Notes: generated by a model from the letters alone, not told the origin. A DNA stretch of 63,979 nucleotides, filler included, from Lenisia limosa (GCA_001655205.1; 19 parts of 19 records of this genome joined end to end with filler, not necessarily neighbours in it); one strand, 5' to 3'; shown: positions 35,115 to 49,152, counted from the whole stretch's first letter. Numbers and translations are program-made.

Positions 35115-38100
35115 CTGAGTTGTTAAGAATACTGGGGGNNNNNNNNNNNNNNNNNNNNNNNNNNNNNNNNNNNNNNNNNNNNTTAATTAATTAANNNNNN
35201 NNNNNNNNNNNNNNNNNNNNNNNNNNNNNNNNNNNNNNTGTATATACATGTATATACATAATATATATATATATATATATATCATATATATATCATATAT
35301 ATATCATATATATATCATAGTGTGTACATTATTATATAGTATATTATAATATACATACAGAGATCAGGACAAGCATCGAATTGGAGTTTGTCAATCCCAT
35401 GTAATTTTATGGAAATCGGAAGAAATTTCCGGGATTGTCAAATCGAGTAACAAACCTTAGTGATTGCAGGCAGTCATTGATTGCAATTTCAATTCGACAG
35501 CGAATGCCGATGTTAGGAATATCTGTTTCATAATGACAAAATTCTGTATCACATGATCATCATAAAGCTGGGAATGTTTGTTCTTATGATTTTCAAGTAA
35601 AACCGGTCAAGTCTCATCATTTGGACTGAAAATCGAATTCAAGTACACGATTTTGAAGATGAAAGAAATATGAAACTCTTTAATAAGACATTATATTAAA
35701 AAAGTATGACGACGTTATTGCTAATATGATATTTAGTCTTTTCCGAGATTCCAAATTGCATTGACTGTTGCCCACTTACGAGGAAATGTGATCTTCTGTC
35801 CAATCTGAAAGGGGAGTGAAATATACTAATTGAAAATGCCATTATGTTAAGGCAAAGTTCAACAAATATATACATGTACTATGTAGATTTGAGAAGCTGA
35901 CATTTAACAGATACTATACTATACATAAATGAAAGTGGTGAATTACAAATTACATTAAATATATGGATCTGGCTGAAGCCGTCCATTACACCTGTTAGAG
36001 ACATCGGTCTCCTCAATCTAATACATACCTTCGTGCCATGAATAATCCTTGCAGGAGTGGGGTTTCGAATCATCTAAAAAGATGATCTATCTGGTTTAAC
36101 TATGGTCATAAGATACTAATATATATACATGTGTATTACATTTGAAGACATAAGAAAGTCCATTTGATTTCACATGGAATAATCATGTTGAAGTGAAAAT
36201 TATCTTCAAACTGAATACTACTCGTATACTTACAGTGGAGAAAATTTGAATCAAAATAAAAACATAATCGGTAGAAAAAGATAAAACTAACTCAAGATAA
36301 AAAAATGGTTCAAAGGAAGGGATTTTCTCGAAATCGAGCTTGTTTTTTGTTTGTAGAAATAGCTAAAAATCCAAAGTCGCTGCTTTGACCTTTGCATTAT
36401 GTTTGTGTTTCAATATGACAGTTATCTATCTTGAATGCGTGTAGAGGCTAAATCGTCGACTTTTGTTTTGAAATAGTTTTCATGGTGACGAGGTTACACT
36501 ACTGACTTACATCTGAGGAGTAATTTGGTGCGACAATGCGGTAATTTATGTTCCTCTGTATTACAATTTGGCTACCTTTGTTGTATTACATTAATTCGCT
36601 CTTGAACAAATTTAGTAATCTTTGACTTTTGTTTCAGCCATTGATGATCTCCGCCCGAGTTTCATAAGAGTGTTTTATCCAAACAATTACACTCAGAGAA
36701 TGAAGTGTATCCGTTTACCAAACGAGGGTATCAAAACACCAAAACCTCTCCCAGAACATTCGGACGAACCCGCCAGGATGAAGTGACCAATTTCGCATAA
36801 AGAAGAGTTTCTGAGACAGATTGGAACTTCGAGCAAAGATTCCCGAAACGGATTGTAGCTTTAAATTACAAATTTGAGACAATTGGAATTATGAAATATT
36901 AGTTTCAACCGCCAAACCTAGACATCCATAAAACAGAAGAAAACTAGCTTACTATTGTCAACAGTATATAATCTGAGTGTGGTTCAGATCACATGTTTGA
37001 GAATTGAATCTAGACTGTTTTCTTACCATTGAACAATAGATTTTTCTATCCACCTCGAATATACAGTACTTATTTGTGTTAAGGGAGTAATCAGTATTCA
37101 AGGTATCAATCAAGCACCAACAAGCCCATTCTCCATTTTGCGCTGATATCGGATTCATACTGTAGCTTTATATAATTGTTTGTTCTTCGAGGATTGTCTT
37201 CTTTTCGTTTTTATTTGAAATACAAAAAGACCCCCAAAGGATGAGTCTTCTTTATAATCATAGTATCATAGTAATTATATGATGATATACATATATGTTT
37301 TTGACATTCCCGGCCCGTGGATGAAGAGGTGGTGGAAGCCGTTCGCCATTTTGGTAACAAAAGGCTAACCTCCCCAGATGCCGGTATGTATGGTGTTAAT
37401 CCCAATACATAGATTTTGTTACACTCTCTCTCCTTACATTATTACCATTGAACCACTTTTTTACGAGTTGTGATTAGGAGGCCATACAAAGTATTTGTAA
37501 AGAAAACAATCACAAATTTGAGATTGAGACAAACATTAATAAAATTGAGAACAACGTAACTGAGAAAACAAAAAACTAAAAATGTTTTAACAAAATGGGG
37601 AAAACAAAATTGAAAAATAAAAAAAAACTCTGCAAAAATAAAAAAAATCAGACAATTAATTGAAATACAAACAATAGTAATAATGTGCTTGAGAAATTAT
37701 TATCTAGAGAAAGAAATAAGCACAAGGAACTCCAACGTACATTGCTATAGTCTTCAATATTGAATGGCGGTGATATTGTAACATCACCTGAAGTGTAAAT
37801 CAAAACTTGGATGCGAGTATAAATAATTCGGCTTTTATATATAAAGCAACCTCGTTCAAGAGTTGGTTTGTGTTATCTGAAGAATCGGAAATAGCCTGAT
37901 TTAAAGTTGTAATGTTGGCTTCTAAGGGTCATCGTCACATATATATTATACGCTTTTTTGATTAGGTAGGGTAGGTAATAAGAACTTCAAATGTATAGTA
38001 TATAATGTATAGAGAGGGGGTGGGAGGTAGGGGGTGTCCGAGAGCAATTGTATATGCCNNNNNNNNNNNNNNNNNNNNNNNNNNNNNNNNNNNNNNNNNN

Positions 38101-40709
38101 NNTTAATTAATTAANNNNNNNNNNNNNNNNNNNNNNNNNNNNNNNNNNNNNNNNNNNNCACTATCAGCCTTATTCGGCCCAGTCAGAGTGCTACTCCGTG
38201 AGGAATACATATGAATAATGAATTAACATGACAGTAATAAATGTAATTTGAGATTTCATACCTTCCCTTTTTTATGTGATATTATATGTTTTATTACAAG
38301 GTTATTGTCTCTTTTTTTTTTAATTTTACTTAGTGCCTCGGTTCAAACGTGAACGATGAAAAGGTAAGTGTATCTCTTGCGCTTCCCGTTTCGTGTTAAA
38401 CTTCACCGCAATTGTCTTCAATAACCTTTTTTTGAGCAGTTCAACAGATCATATACACTTGCCAGGATAAACATTTACGGATATAACTTAGAATTATTTG
38501 TTGACCCCCCCCCCCCNNNNNNNNNNNNNNNNNNNNNNNNNNNNNNNNNNNNNNNNNNNNNNNNNNNNNNNNNNNNNNNNNNNNNNNNNNNNNNNNNNNN
38601 NNNNNNNNNNNNNNNNNNNNNNNNNNNNNNNNNNNNNNNNNNNNNNNNNNNNNNNNNNNNNNNNNNNNNNNNNNNNNNNNNNNNNNNNNNNNNNNNNNNN
38701 NNNNNNNNNNNNNNNNNNNNNNNNNNNNNNNNNNNNNNNNNNNNNNNNNNNNNNNNNNNNNNNNNNNNNNNNNNNNNNNNNNNNNNNNNNNNNNNNNNNN
38801 NNNNNNNNNNNNNNNNNNNNTTCCAAAAGTTCAATATTACAAAGATTGATCGTCACCCTGAGATCGGTAAACTATAGAAATATATCGATATAGTGACCGT
38901 CGAGAACTTCATTCATTTTCTGGACCGTAGTGAAGTCATAGTAATACCTTTCGTGAGCATGGCCGAAATTGCTTACAGCTTGTTTTTGTTTAAATTCCAA
39001 AGGGCTTCGCTACTGAGGATGACTCGTCAGAAACTTCGAACTGCCTTGCTGGCTATTGTGAAGTATGCAATGACGTCTTTGGTCGATTTTTTTTTGTTGT
39101 TGTTCTAGTTGCTTCATTTTCACATTTTTTTTTAAAAAAATTTTGTTTCGCTTTTATTTTCCCTTGTCTTCCTCGTTTTTTTTTTTTTTTGGTNNNNNNN
39201 NNNNNNNNNNNNNNNNNNNNNNNNNNNNNNNNNNNNNNNNNNNNNNNNNNNNNNNNNNNNNNNNNNNNNNNNNNNNNNNNNNNNNNNNNNNNNNNNNNNN
39301 NNNNNNNAAATTTCCAATTCCAACATCGCTCTGGCACACACCATGAGTGAGACGCGTCGTAAATAATCACTGCAAGAGTTGGTTCTAACGGTTTGGGCAG
39401 CCTGTAATTGTAATTAGGGCACTTTGGTTTAAAAAAACAAGACAGAATAGCTCATATATTCATGAATATATCGAGTATTCTGTCGGTCTTTTTTAGGCCA
39501 GAGTGGAACAATAATTGTAAACCAAGAACAAGGATTGGCAGAATCAAAACACCGACATTTTTTAAGAAATACGAGTTTGGAAAGGTGATCAGTAATATAT
39601 TTGGTTTCTCAATAAGTGTTCAAATAATAATGAAAGTCTCTTCGTTACAAGGATACCCCAAAGACATCTCGCCTATTCTGTCGCCCATGATAAGTGACTA
39701 TTATTGAATCTTTCAATTTCAACAAACCGCAGATGTGGTAAGCCCAAACTGGGTGTCTAGTGTCGTCATATATCTTGGAGAACCGACCTGGAAAACAAGA
39801 ATGATCAACAAAATGCCACCTTCAGTCTTGCTCTGTTTCCAACTCCGTTATGATCTGGGTTTGTAAATTAAAACGAGGGATAAGGCTACCAACTTGCAAC
39901 ACAAACGCACAAAGCAGGTCGTCCATCAGCGAAGTGGCCTTATTCAATGATACAAGTTCTTTGAGAGCCTGGGCAACAAGCGTGTGGGAGGAAGATTTCA
40001 ATAGCTACAGCATCAGAGTATTGAAAGATGGCGATAATCTCTACCAGCAGTTTCAATTGTATTTGGAATGGGAAATTTGGAACTTTTTTGTCCTCTCATG
40101 CAAAAACTGCTTTTTCTTATAATATAATTATAATTATACTACCAGCGCTGAGTTTTTGTTATGATAATTGATTGTTTTTGTTTTTTAGTATTACCATTAA
40201 TTATTATTGCATTTTTCCCGTCTTCATTTCTTATATTTTTTCCTAATTTTATAGTGGGGTAATCTGCTTAGCTGCCCTGGTGATTTGGTAGGCTAATGGC
40301 TTTTATGATTTTTTTTAATATAGTAAAGATATGGTACATTATGTATTTATATATGCATATCATAATACCNNNNNNNNNNNNNNNNNNNNNNNNNNNNNNN
40401 NNNNNNNNNNNNNTTAATTAATTAANNNNNNNNNNNNNNNNNNNNNNNNNNNNNNNNNNNNNNNNNNNNGTGTGAAAGACGTGTAAGAAGACAAATTTAT
40501 GAGGGCGGAGTAAAACGAAGGAAATGTATATTTATGAAGCAAAAAAAAAGTCCAAAATCAAAGTGACAGGTCCCTACCCCTCACACACAATGGAAACCTC
40601 ATACAATCCCCCCCCTACAGATCCGATGTGAACACCAAGATAGCAAGGCTCAGTGAAATTCAGGATAGCGCTCTGAAATAGTATTAACAATGGTGATCTA
40701 ATGGGAAAA

Positions 40710-40895
40710 CAATGATGATGGTGAGGAAAACGATGATGATGGTGACAAATTGGAAAAAGATGATGATGATGATGGTGATGGTGACAAATTGGAAAACAAT
40801 GCTGATGATGATGATAGTGACATATTAGAAAACGATGGTGATGATGATGATGGTGATCAATTGGAAAACGATGATGATGATGATGATAATGACCA
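40710..40895. repeat. (GAT)n-rich microsatellite with an interspersed AATTGGAAAA motif
   Basis: Repeated GATGATGAT..GGTGACAAATTGGAAAA. Coding status is not supported. Confidence 0.8.
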
Positions 40896-42019
40896 CAAAT
40901 ACATTCTACCCAAGCGTCCTACTCAGAAAACAAGGAGATTTAATTGAAAACAAGGGGATTTAAGAGAAAACATGGGGATCAAATTAGAAAATGACAATGA
41001 GATAGAATAAATACTGATAATGATAATACAAAACAATGATAATACAAAATAACGATAATACAAGATAATGATAATAGAGAGTGTGGTAGTGATATTAGTA
41101 GAATGAAGCACCTCGAACCGAAGTATCGCACGCGCAGAGGCCTGACGCCAAAGTGGCGCCCTGGTAATTGGTCTCTCCCGGACACCTTCCTTGACAATCC
41201 GGCCCGGTCTCCCAGGAGCACGTCTAATATCGTAAATGAAAGACAAATTTTATGTCAAATATAGAAAATGAAACAACTTATCTGTAAAATATAGAAAATG
41301 AAACAAATTTTATGGAAGACAGCCGTTTTGCCGCCACAATGGGGTCGTAGCCCCCCCCCCCCTCACTCCGCANNNNNNNNNNNNNNNNNNNNNNNNNNNN
41401 NNNNNNNNNNNNNNNNNNNNNNNNNNNNNNNNNNNNNNNNNNNNNNNNNNNNNNNNNNNNNNNNNNNNNNNNNNNNNNTCTGGGGGGAGGGGGGATTTGA
41501 AAATTTATGGAACAAAACGAACAAAACAAAAAAAAAAGCAAAAATATAATAATAATAATAATAATCAAATAACAACATAGACACTACTACAAAGCAATTT
41601 TTTTACCAACCTTTTCCAGGAGCGCATTGAGGCTGAAGTCACATAGAGCCACGGGGAAATTGAGGGTGGATTCCGAGGTAGCTACTCCCTGGAGGGTAAA
41701 ATCACAGGATCTTAGATTGGAAAAATGAAAGGACGTGTAAGAGAGGGGGGGGGTAAACTAAAAACTGCAGAATCACCTCTGTTTGCAAGCATTTTGGAAA
41801 ATAAACAAGCGTTGAAAACAAACAACAACAACAAAACAAAGACCAGGCCAGTAGCTTCAGTATCTCGCGAGGGAGGGGAGGTAAAACAGCAGGATCTTTG
41901 ATCGGAAAGATGTGAAGGACGTTGAAAACGATTTATAGTGGCTACCTCCCAACTCCCACCCTTCAACACTCAATGTACATACATTATATTGTTTCTTCAT
42001 TTCAATACTTTGCCACAAC

Positions 42020-42119
42020 TAAGGCTTCACTTCGGTTCGGGAAAATCCGGGAAAATAACGATAGTTCTCGAGGATTTATCGAAAAATTCATTCTTTTTTC
42101 GAACCGAAGTGAAGCCCTA
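42020..42119. mobile_element. Family B hAT-type MITE
   Basis: TAAGGCTTCACTTCGGTT...AACCGAAGTGAAGCCCTA; flanks GCCACAAC and GCCGCACC (6/8 match as a TSD). Confidence 0.9.
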
Positions 42120-42432
42120 GCCGCACCCCCCACCCCTACAGAAGGTGGCACATCAATGAAGTTGAGGCTTGGGCAGTTATCAAACGTAATCACTCCAGTG
42201 ATGGTGGAGGTTGACTTGANNNNNNNNNNNNNNNNNNNNNNNNNNNNNNNNNNNNNNNNNNNNTTAATTAATTAANNNNNNNNNNNNNNNNNNNNNNNNN
42301 NNNNNNNNNNNNNNNNNNNTCATCCCCCACACACACTAATTTAGTATTGATTGTGTTGCAAATAAATTGTTAACAAATCTACCACTCTCCTTACATATTA
42401 TGGCCATTTTACACGGTTCCCCACTTTCCTAC

Positions 42433-43758
42433 CATATTTTGACCATTTTGCAGAGTTCACCGACACGAGGATCAAGTCTTGCATAAGACCGAAGGAGGTA
42501 CGTGTTCTGGAGGGCCAAGCGGTTGTTGATACAAATATCTCCGGACATGCCCCTGGTGGAGTGAGCGATATATATCATATCATATACTACATGAATATAT
42601 AGCAATGAGAAATAAAAAAAATAAGGTTGTATCTGGCCAAAGCCGTCCAAACCATCACACTTAGAAGATATAGTGAACAAAGGTAAAACATTAAATCACC
42701 CAATCATTTGTAAAACAACAACTACGTACACAGCTTTCTGCGTGAGTAATACGTTGGGATGAGATATATTAGAGATTATTTTGTGGACGGCTTCGGCTAG
42801 ATACAACCTTGTTTTATTTCTCATTTCGATATAATAGAGATGTAAAAATGTATAGAGATGAGTAAGGCTTCACTTCGGTTCGGGGAAATATCGATAGCTG
42901 TTGAGGATTGATCGAGAAATTCAGTCTTTTTTCGAACCGGAGTGAATCTCTTGAGAAGAGGAACATATAGAGAAGAGAAATGACGGAGTGATGAATAGCG
43001 GGGATAATGCCTTGATTTTAAAGGAGAAATTGGCTGTTCATTTACCNNNNNNNNNNNNNNNNNNNNNNNNNNNNNNNNNNNNNNNNNNNNNNNNNNNNNN
43101 NNNNNNNNNNNNNNNNNNNNNNNNNNNNNNNNNNNNNNNNNNNNAAACACCAGGGGAACGACCTCGTCAAATCCAGCTAAATTATGAGGAGTAATATGTT
43201 ACTATGTAAATGTGGCCTGTTGCCGAGGTTATGATGACAATAATAAGAAGATACAATCATGGACAAGTTATGAATAGTAGTATAAACTATTGAAACGCTG
43301 AGTCCAATCCAAATGGAGATGAGGAATAAAACAAGGTTACATCTGGCCGAAGCCGTCCACATCATCACGCTTACAAGAGATATTGCAAAATTTGTAATAT
43401 AATACTATATATTTATCATCATATGTACACCACAAAAATGTAGGCATCTTTACACATACATAATATAAAAATTATACAATGAATACAGTTTTATGGTTAC
43501 CTTTGTATTAGTTTTTATCCCTGGTTTTATTCAATGTTGCTTTATTGATTTTGTTGCAATTTGGAGAGACTTGGACTGAAATAGCCCTCGCTGTGTTCAT
43601 TGCTAATATCTTAATTATACAAATTTCCTTCTCAAAAACATAACAGGCAGTGTACGATTCAACTGAAATACCTTTTTTGAGCAAAGAAGCCAGTCGTAGC
43701 ACCACCGTGGCCACATCAATACCTTCATGAACAACTCGCTCGAATGGCTTCCGTTTTT
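42433..43758 (-). CDS. Cid1/Trf4/TENT-family terminal nucleotidyltransferase (non-canonical poly(A) polymerase or TUTase), fragment
   Basis: Exon 42552-42433 reads GMSGDICINNRLALQNTYLLRSYARLDPRVGELCKMVKIW, matching the family pattern DI.+NN.LA+.NT.LL..Y...DPRV..L...+K.W; the upstream exons join as ...VLRLASLLKK|AGFDEVVPLVF. Confidence 0.8.
42863..42952. mobile_element. Family B hAT-type MITE in an intron of the nucleotidyltransferase
   Basis: TIRs as in the other copies; TSD GAGATGAG and GAGAAGAG (7/8). Confidence 0.9.
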
Positions 43759-43826
43759 CTGCGGGGAGTGAAATTGGAAAATTTATGAAACAATATACAA
43801 AAAAAAAAGAAGCCCAAATCAACTCT
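43759..43826 (-). repeat. Family C element forming the 3' splice region of a nucleotidyltransferase intron
   Basis: Minus strand AGAGTTGATTTGGGC...TTTCATAAATTTTCCAATTTCACTCCCCGCAG|exon (KRKPFERVV...). Confidence 0.85.
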
Positions 43827-44534
43827 NNNNNNNNNNNNNNNNNNNNNNNNNNNNNNNNNNNNNNNNNNNNTTAATTAATTAANNNNNNNNNNNNNNNNNN
43901 NNNNNNNNNNNNNNNNNNNNNNNNNNGAGAAATAAAACAAGGTTGTATCAAATCGAAGCTCCCACACCATCACGCTTTAGAGATGTTGATAAGTAGAGAA
44001 TCTGATAGTAGTAATGCTAATTCACCAACCATTTGCCTTACAACTCTGGCATAGAAACACCTCCAAGAGCAAGGCGGAAATAAGAAATTTGTAGAAAAAA
44101 ACATCCTCCAAGTGCCTACATGAGCAAAATTAGAGCAGAAAGAGCGATAAGCATTGTTGGTCCGCCTCTCATTGGTGCTGTTCTTCTGAGCTGTTTCAGC
44201 TTCCTCTTTTTTTATTGTTCTCCTCTTGTTCTCTCTCTATTATTTCTCTCTTCTTTAGCGTAGGGAGGAGAGGGGCTTCAAGCATGCTTCAAATCCATTT
44301 CAGAAAAGAATAATAATCAAAACTAATCAATTATAACATAACCAACAGGGGGAAAAGTCCCCTTTTCGCCTTTTTGTCCTTTTAAACAGACACGAATACG
44401 CTGGTTCGATCAAACGACGAAGGCTTAGCACCCGGCAGGAGCACAACACGGGCGACATATTTGTTTTTCCAATTTTAGTTTCTCCCTACCGTGCCCCTTG
44501 TCGTCTTCTATCGCTGTACTAATGAACTGAGCCA

Positions 44535-47500
44535 ATGTCCAACGAGCCTCAGCTGACAGCGGTGGCAGCGCCGTCTTCGCCTTCACGGATTCGATCAAAA
44601 AGCTTGACCCAGCCTCAACTCGCGCAGCAGCCTCAGACAAACTCCTCGCTCCCCGTTCCTCGGCTCAAATGTCTCAAAGAAAACACGCCGTTACGGCAGA
44701 ACTCAATGCCACAACTGCCTGTTCCCATGGCGACAGCAGGCATGACTCCTCGCGATCTACGCGCAGCGTCACTCCAACCAATTTCCCCCCCTCCACCGGG
44801 CTCCTCTCCGCCTCTCAGACACTCCCTTTCAAAAGCTCAGGTCGGTGGATGGAGGGGGTTGCAAAATTGGACTGACAATTATTGGGTGACAGATCTGTGA
44901 GGGTGGTTCTGTTGTTTGCGTGGCTTCGGATAAATGCAAGCGGGGTTCCGGGGGAGTTTGGAGTGGAAGGAAGGGAGTAGGGACTCCCTTCACGGACAGT
45001 GAATAGTGGGGACTGTTTTGTGTATTATGGGGATTTTATCAGAGAGGGGAAATGGATGAAGTTATTGCTGGGGGTGTGTGGGGGCATATCTATCGTTTCC
45101 ATAACGGTTTTCGTTGATGGGTTGCATGCCTTGTCCAAGTAACTCGGGTAGTACTTCACGGAAAGATATAGCATTGATAGACATATAAGATCACTGGGAT
45201 CAGCGGACTTATCAGGGATAAGCTTCGCTTTCGATAATGGAACCCGCGGGGGTTTGGCTCACGGGGGGTTGGTAAGGCTTCACTCCGATCCGGAAAATGA
45301 TGGAATTTTTCGAAATCATTGATATAATTCGATAACATACCGATATTTTTTGTACCGGAGTGGATCTCTTAGGGTTGGAGAGCAGAGGAGGTTTGGTGTA
45401 TTTGGCCATTTTGGTTTAATGAAGGAAGATAACACGAGGTTTCATCCCGAGTGAGTAGACTGGGTAATTGTTTCTCTCAATTCACCCTATTATTTGTCTT
45501 TAGTACATATAATGCATGTACTACATGAAAAAAATATATCTCTTACGAGCACAAAACGAAAAAGTTGTACATTTTTATAACTACATCTTAATCACCCACG
45601 TCCTCCTAACTTTGCAGCTTAAGCCTTACCGCCTTGCAGTCGGAGACACCGCTAGTAACGCAACCCGGGGTGGGTAAGGGCAATGTTCCAGGATGGATAA
45701 AATAGGGGTTTTGAGGGGATATTGGGGAAAGAGGGTACTTCTGAAATAGTACATTCTGTATTAGGCACGCAGAAAGCTGTGTACACAGAGTTGTAAAGCA
45801 AATGATTGGGTGAATTAATTTGATACTTTAATCCAATATCTTATAAGCGTGATGGTGTGGCCTTGTTTTGTATTTCTCATTGCTATACATATATTATCAT
45901 TATCAGATTTCTCAATTATATGATACCTATACCCCTCCTTCCAAGCTGACATATACCCACTTTCTTACCCCCAATTCCCTTTTAGACTTATTTCATCTCT
46001 GGCCTGGGCTATGTTTGTTTTGTTGTTATCAACCGTGTGTTTTGTCAGTCAACAGAGTTGNNNNNNNNNNNNNNNNNNNNNNNNNNNNNNNNNNNNNNNN
46101 NNNNNNNNNNNNNNNNNNNNNNNNNNNNNNNNNNNNNNNNNNNNNNNNNNNNNNNNNNNNNNNNNNNNNNNNNNNNNNNNNNNNNNNNNNNNNNNNNNNN
46201 NNNNNNCCTTTTTACCCATTTGCCTCTACGAACAGTTCCGGTGGGGGGATAGTTTGTGTCTTTTTGTGTGAGTATGTGTGTGAGAGAGTGTGGTTAATTT
46301 GGACTTTTTTTAGATCACCTTATACAATACAATCACCCTTTTCCTCACCCCCCAGTCGATTTGCCAATCTCTACTTCCTCTTTACTGCTATGATGTCCCT
46401 TATTCCGGTATGTCCAAAGACTAGGGCTTCCCTACGGTCCGAAAAAGACCGGTAAAACATCGATACTTATCGAGGATTGATAGAGAAATTCAGTCTTTTT
46501 TCTGCCCTATTGATGACTGCGGCAGTTCTATGATAAATATCTTGGGGCTAGGCTTTCCCCTATAAGTTGAAACAAACAACAAAATTAGATATCATCGTAT
46601 GTATTATATGTCAATATATGTATATCATATGTATATATCATAACTACATGCTACATTTCAAGGTTTTATTCTTTCAGAAAGTCATAAAGAACATTTCTAG
46701 GAAACTTCATCCGTATCGTGAAATTACAAGGACTTTTCGCTTGATTAATCATGACGTTCCCTTGACTTACTAGGACATTTCCCCCATACCGCCTGAGACC
46801 TCATTTGTGCCCCTCCTCTTCGTGCTTTTTGTCTCCCTTATCAAAGAGGCTTTTGAGGACTGGGTAGGAGGGTGGCATGATTGGGTAGAGAAGCGATTAC
46901 TGCTGGTTACAACCCTTGTGTTTTGGGCTTCATTTCGGTTTGAAAAAGACTGGTAAATATCGATAGTTACGAGGATTTATCGAGAAAAATAGTCTTTTTT
47001 TAAACCTATTTGAAGCCCTACTTGTATTAGCTGAATGCTGAGCCAACAGAGTCGATTTGGGCTTTTTTTTGTGTTTCATATTTCCAATTTTGCCTTGATT
47101 TGGCCCTTTATTTTNNNNNNNNNNNNNNNNNNNNNNNNNNNNNNNNNNNNNNNNNNNNNNNNNNNNNNNNNNNNNNNNNNNNNNNNNNNNNNNNNNNNNN
47201 NNNNNNNNNNNNNNCAATAGTCTGCCATACACTGTTTTCAGAAATGGTGGGTATATACAGTGACCGCGATAAGTCTTGACCGATTTGCTATGTGATGTAC
47301 ATACATGTTGTACAATTTTATTGTCACATCCACTCATGTGATATTTGATCGACATGGTTCCCTTCGGTCCGTTTTTGACATTTCAAGGTGAAGAAATCCC
47401 AGTTAAGTCTGAGGGTATTCATACAGGCGACATTGTGCTGCTCAAGGTTAGGGGGATTTTGTGAATGGTACTGTTTTGGTAATATTTCAGCTAGATACAG

Positions 47501-48070
47501 CCTTATTTTTTTTTTATTTCTCATTGCTATCGATATGATATAATAAATGGAACTGTTTTCGCGAGAAATGTTCTCCGGAAAAGACGTTTTCTTTGGGCTT
47601 CAATTTCGGTTAACACTGATCAATTCTCGATTAATTTTTCATAAATTCTCGATATTTTACAAGTCTTTTGGAAGCTCTAAATTTTTCGAAACCTTGAAAA
47701 TAATTTAGTTTTTTGCTGAAGCATGTCGGTTTTGTCACTGTTTTAGAAAGGCAACTTCATCCCGGCCGATCTTGTTCTTCTGAAGTCGTCCGCGGCCGAT
47801 GGTGTTGCCTACATCCAAACGGCTAATCTTGATGGGTTGGTTGGTGGTAGTGAGGATGATGATGATGATAATGATGTTGTTGTTGTTGATGATGATAGTG
47901 ATAATGATGATGATGATAATGATGTTGATGTTGATAATGGTAGTGGTGGTGTTGATGATGATGTTGATGATGATGTTGTTGTTGTTGATGATGCTTACCC
48001 CCCCACCCCTCCAGAGAGACGAACCTCAAGCGACGCGCAGCAGTGGATGTTACGCAGACTCGCACCCAGC
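44535..48070 (+). CDS. P4-type ATPase (phospholipid flippase, Drs2/ATP8-like), N-terminal part
   Basis: In-frame exon chain 46207-46240 FLPICLYEQFR, 46356-46407 RFANLYFLFTAMMSLIP, 46774-46863 DISPIPPETSFVPLLFVLFVSLIKEAFEDW, 47388-47446 EEIPVKSEGIHTGDIVLLK, 47747-47835 KGNFIPADLVLLKSS..GVAYIQTANLDG, 48015-48070 ETNLKRR. The TANLDGETNLK motif is diagnostic for P4-ATPases. The first exon (44535-44840) is inferred. Confidence 0.93.
45273..45370. mobile_element. Family B hAT-type MITE, diverged
   Basis: TAAGGCTTCACTCCG...CGGAGTGGATCTCTT; flanks GGGGTTGG and AGGGTTGG. Confidence 0.8.
46923..47020. mobile_element. Family B MITE inserted inside a family C element
   Basis: The C element is split as ...ACAACC[CTTGTGTT]-B-[CTTGTATT]...AGCCAACAGAGTCGATTTGGG; 8-bp TSD, 7/8 match. 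Confidence 0.9.
47840..47995. repeat. (GAT/GTT)n microsatellite filling a flippase intron
   Basis: Lies between the donor at 47836 and the acceptor at 48014, which split the LDG|ETNLK motif. Confidence 0.9.
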
Positions 48071-49152
48071 NNNNNNNNNNNNNNNNNNNNNNNNNNNNNN
48101 NNNNNNNNNNNNNNTTAATTAATTAANNNNNNNNNNNNNNNNNNNNNNNNNNNNNNNNNNNNNNNNNNNNTTTTAGTAAAATACTATTTCACCCAATCAT
48201 TTGCCTTACTCTGTGAACACAGCTTTCTGCTTACCTCCCCAGCATACGTGATGGATTGGATGAAAATTACTCCCCCTAACATTTATTCGAAATTTACGAA
48301 ACCCTTACAGGCCGTATTCCAACTGGACACCACACTGGCTGCTGCCAATGACCGCAAACTAGATGACAGCTTTATTGACCAAAGTGAGGGGTATCTGATT
48401 CTGTCTAAACAACCCTCATGGGTCAAAGCTAGTCTCAGCAGAGTATTATAATACCGGCATTAAAAACAATTATTCATATGAAACAAACAAACAAGATAAA
48501 CACGAGCAACCGCTCAAATTAGACAAAAACTCACACAAAACTCGAGCCAGCAATATCCGAATTCATATATCATACATATCATAGTCATATTATAGAGTGT
48601 TTATGATGTATCATATTAACTTTTTGAGTTCACCATTTCCTCTCTTTTTTTGCTATATTATATCATATCTCAATCGTAACAGCTTTCAACCAGATACAAC
48701 CTTAACGCTTCAGGACCAGAAGACCCCCTTCCAAACGGGGCAGCGGACNNNNNNNNNNNNNNNNNNNNNNNNNNNNNNNNNNNNNNNNNNNNNNNNNNNN
48801 NNNNNNNNNNNNNNNNNNNNNNNNNNNNNNNNNNNNNNNNNNNNNNNNNNNNNNNNNNNNNNNNNNNNNNNNNNNNNNNNNNNNNNNNNNNNNNNNNNNN
48901 NNNNNNNNNNNNNNNNNNNNNNNNNNNNNNNNNNNNNNNNNNNNNNNNNNNNNNNNNNNNNNTTCCCCTTGAATTATCCTGCGATTGCGTCTTTAATTTG
49001 CCAATCTTTTATTACTGTGTACTGGTCATTACGTTACTATATACTGGTCATTACATGGGTTTTACTTGGGAAATGTACATAAATATAGCGTGCAAAAGAC
49101 TTTTTCAATTCCCGCACCCGTCCAATCATACATTCCCGTCGTCTATTATCTA

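Noticed and set aside
35239-37700. AT-rich stretch as a possible foreign or viral insert
   Set aside because: It has no long ORF or recognisable motif, only possible short exons and a family D fragment; nothing supports a call.
40750-40947. D-rich ORF MEKDDDDDG...
   Set aside because: It is a microsatellite with no supporting splice context; nearby exon evidence does not connect to it.
45968-46000. LLDLFHLW peptide shared with a minus-strand exon near 21600
   Set aside because: An eight-residue match in unrelated contexts; the frame here is not part of the flippase exon chain.
47799-48122. Poly-M/D/H ORFs in the track
   Set aside because: They read through a GAT/GTT microsatellite inside the flippase intron that splits LDG|ETNLK.
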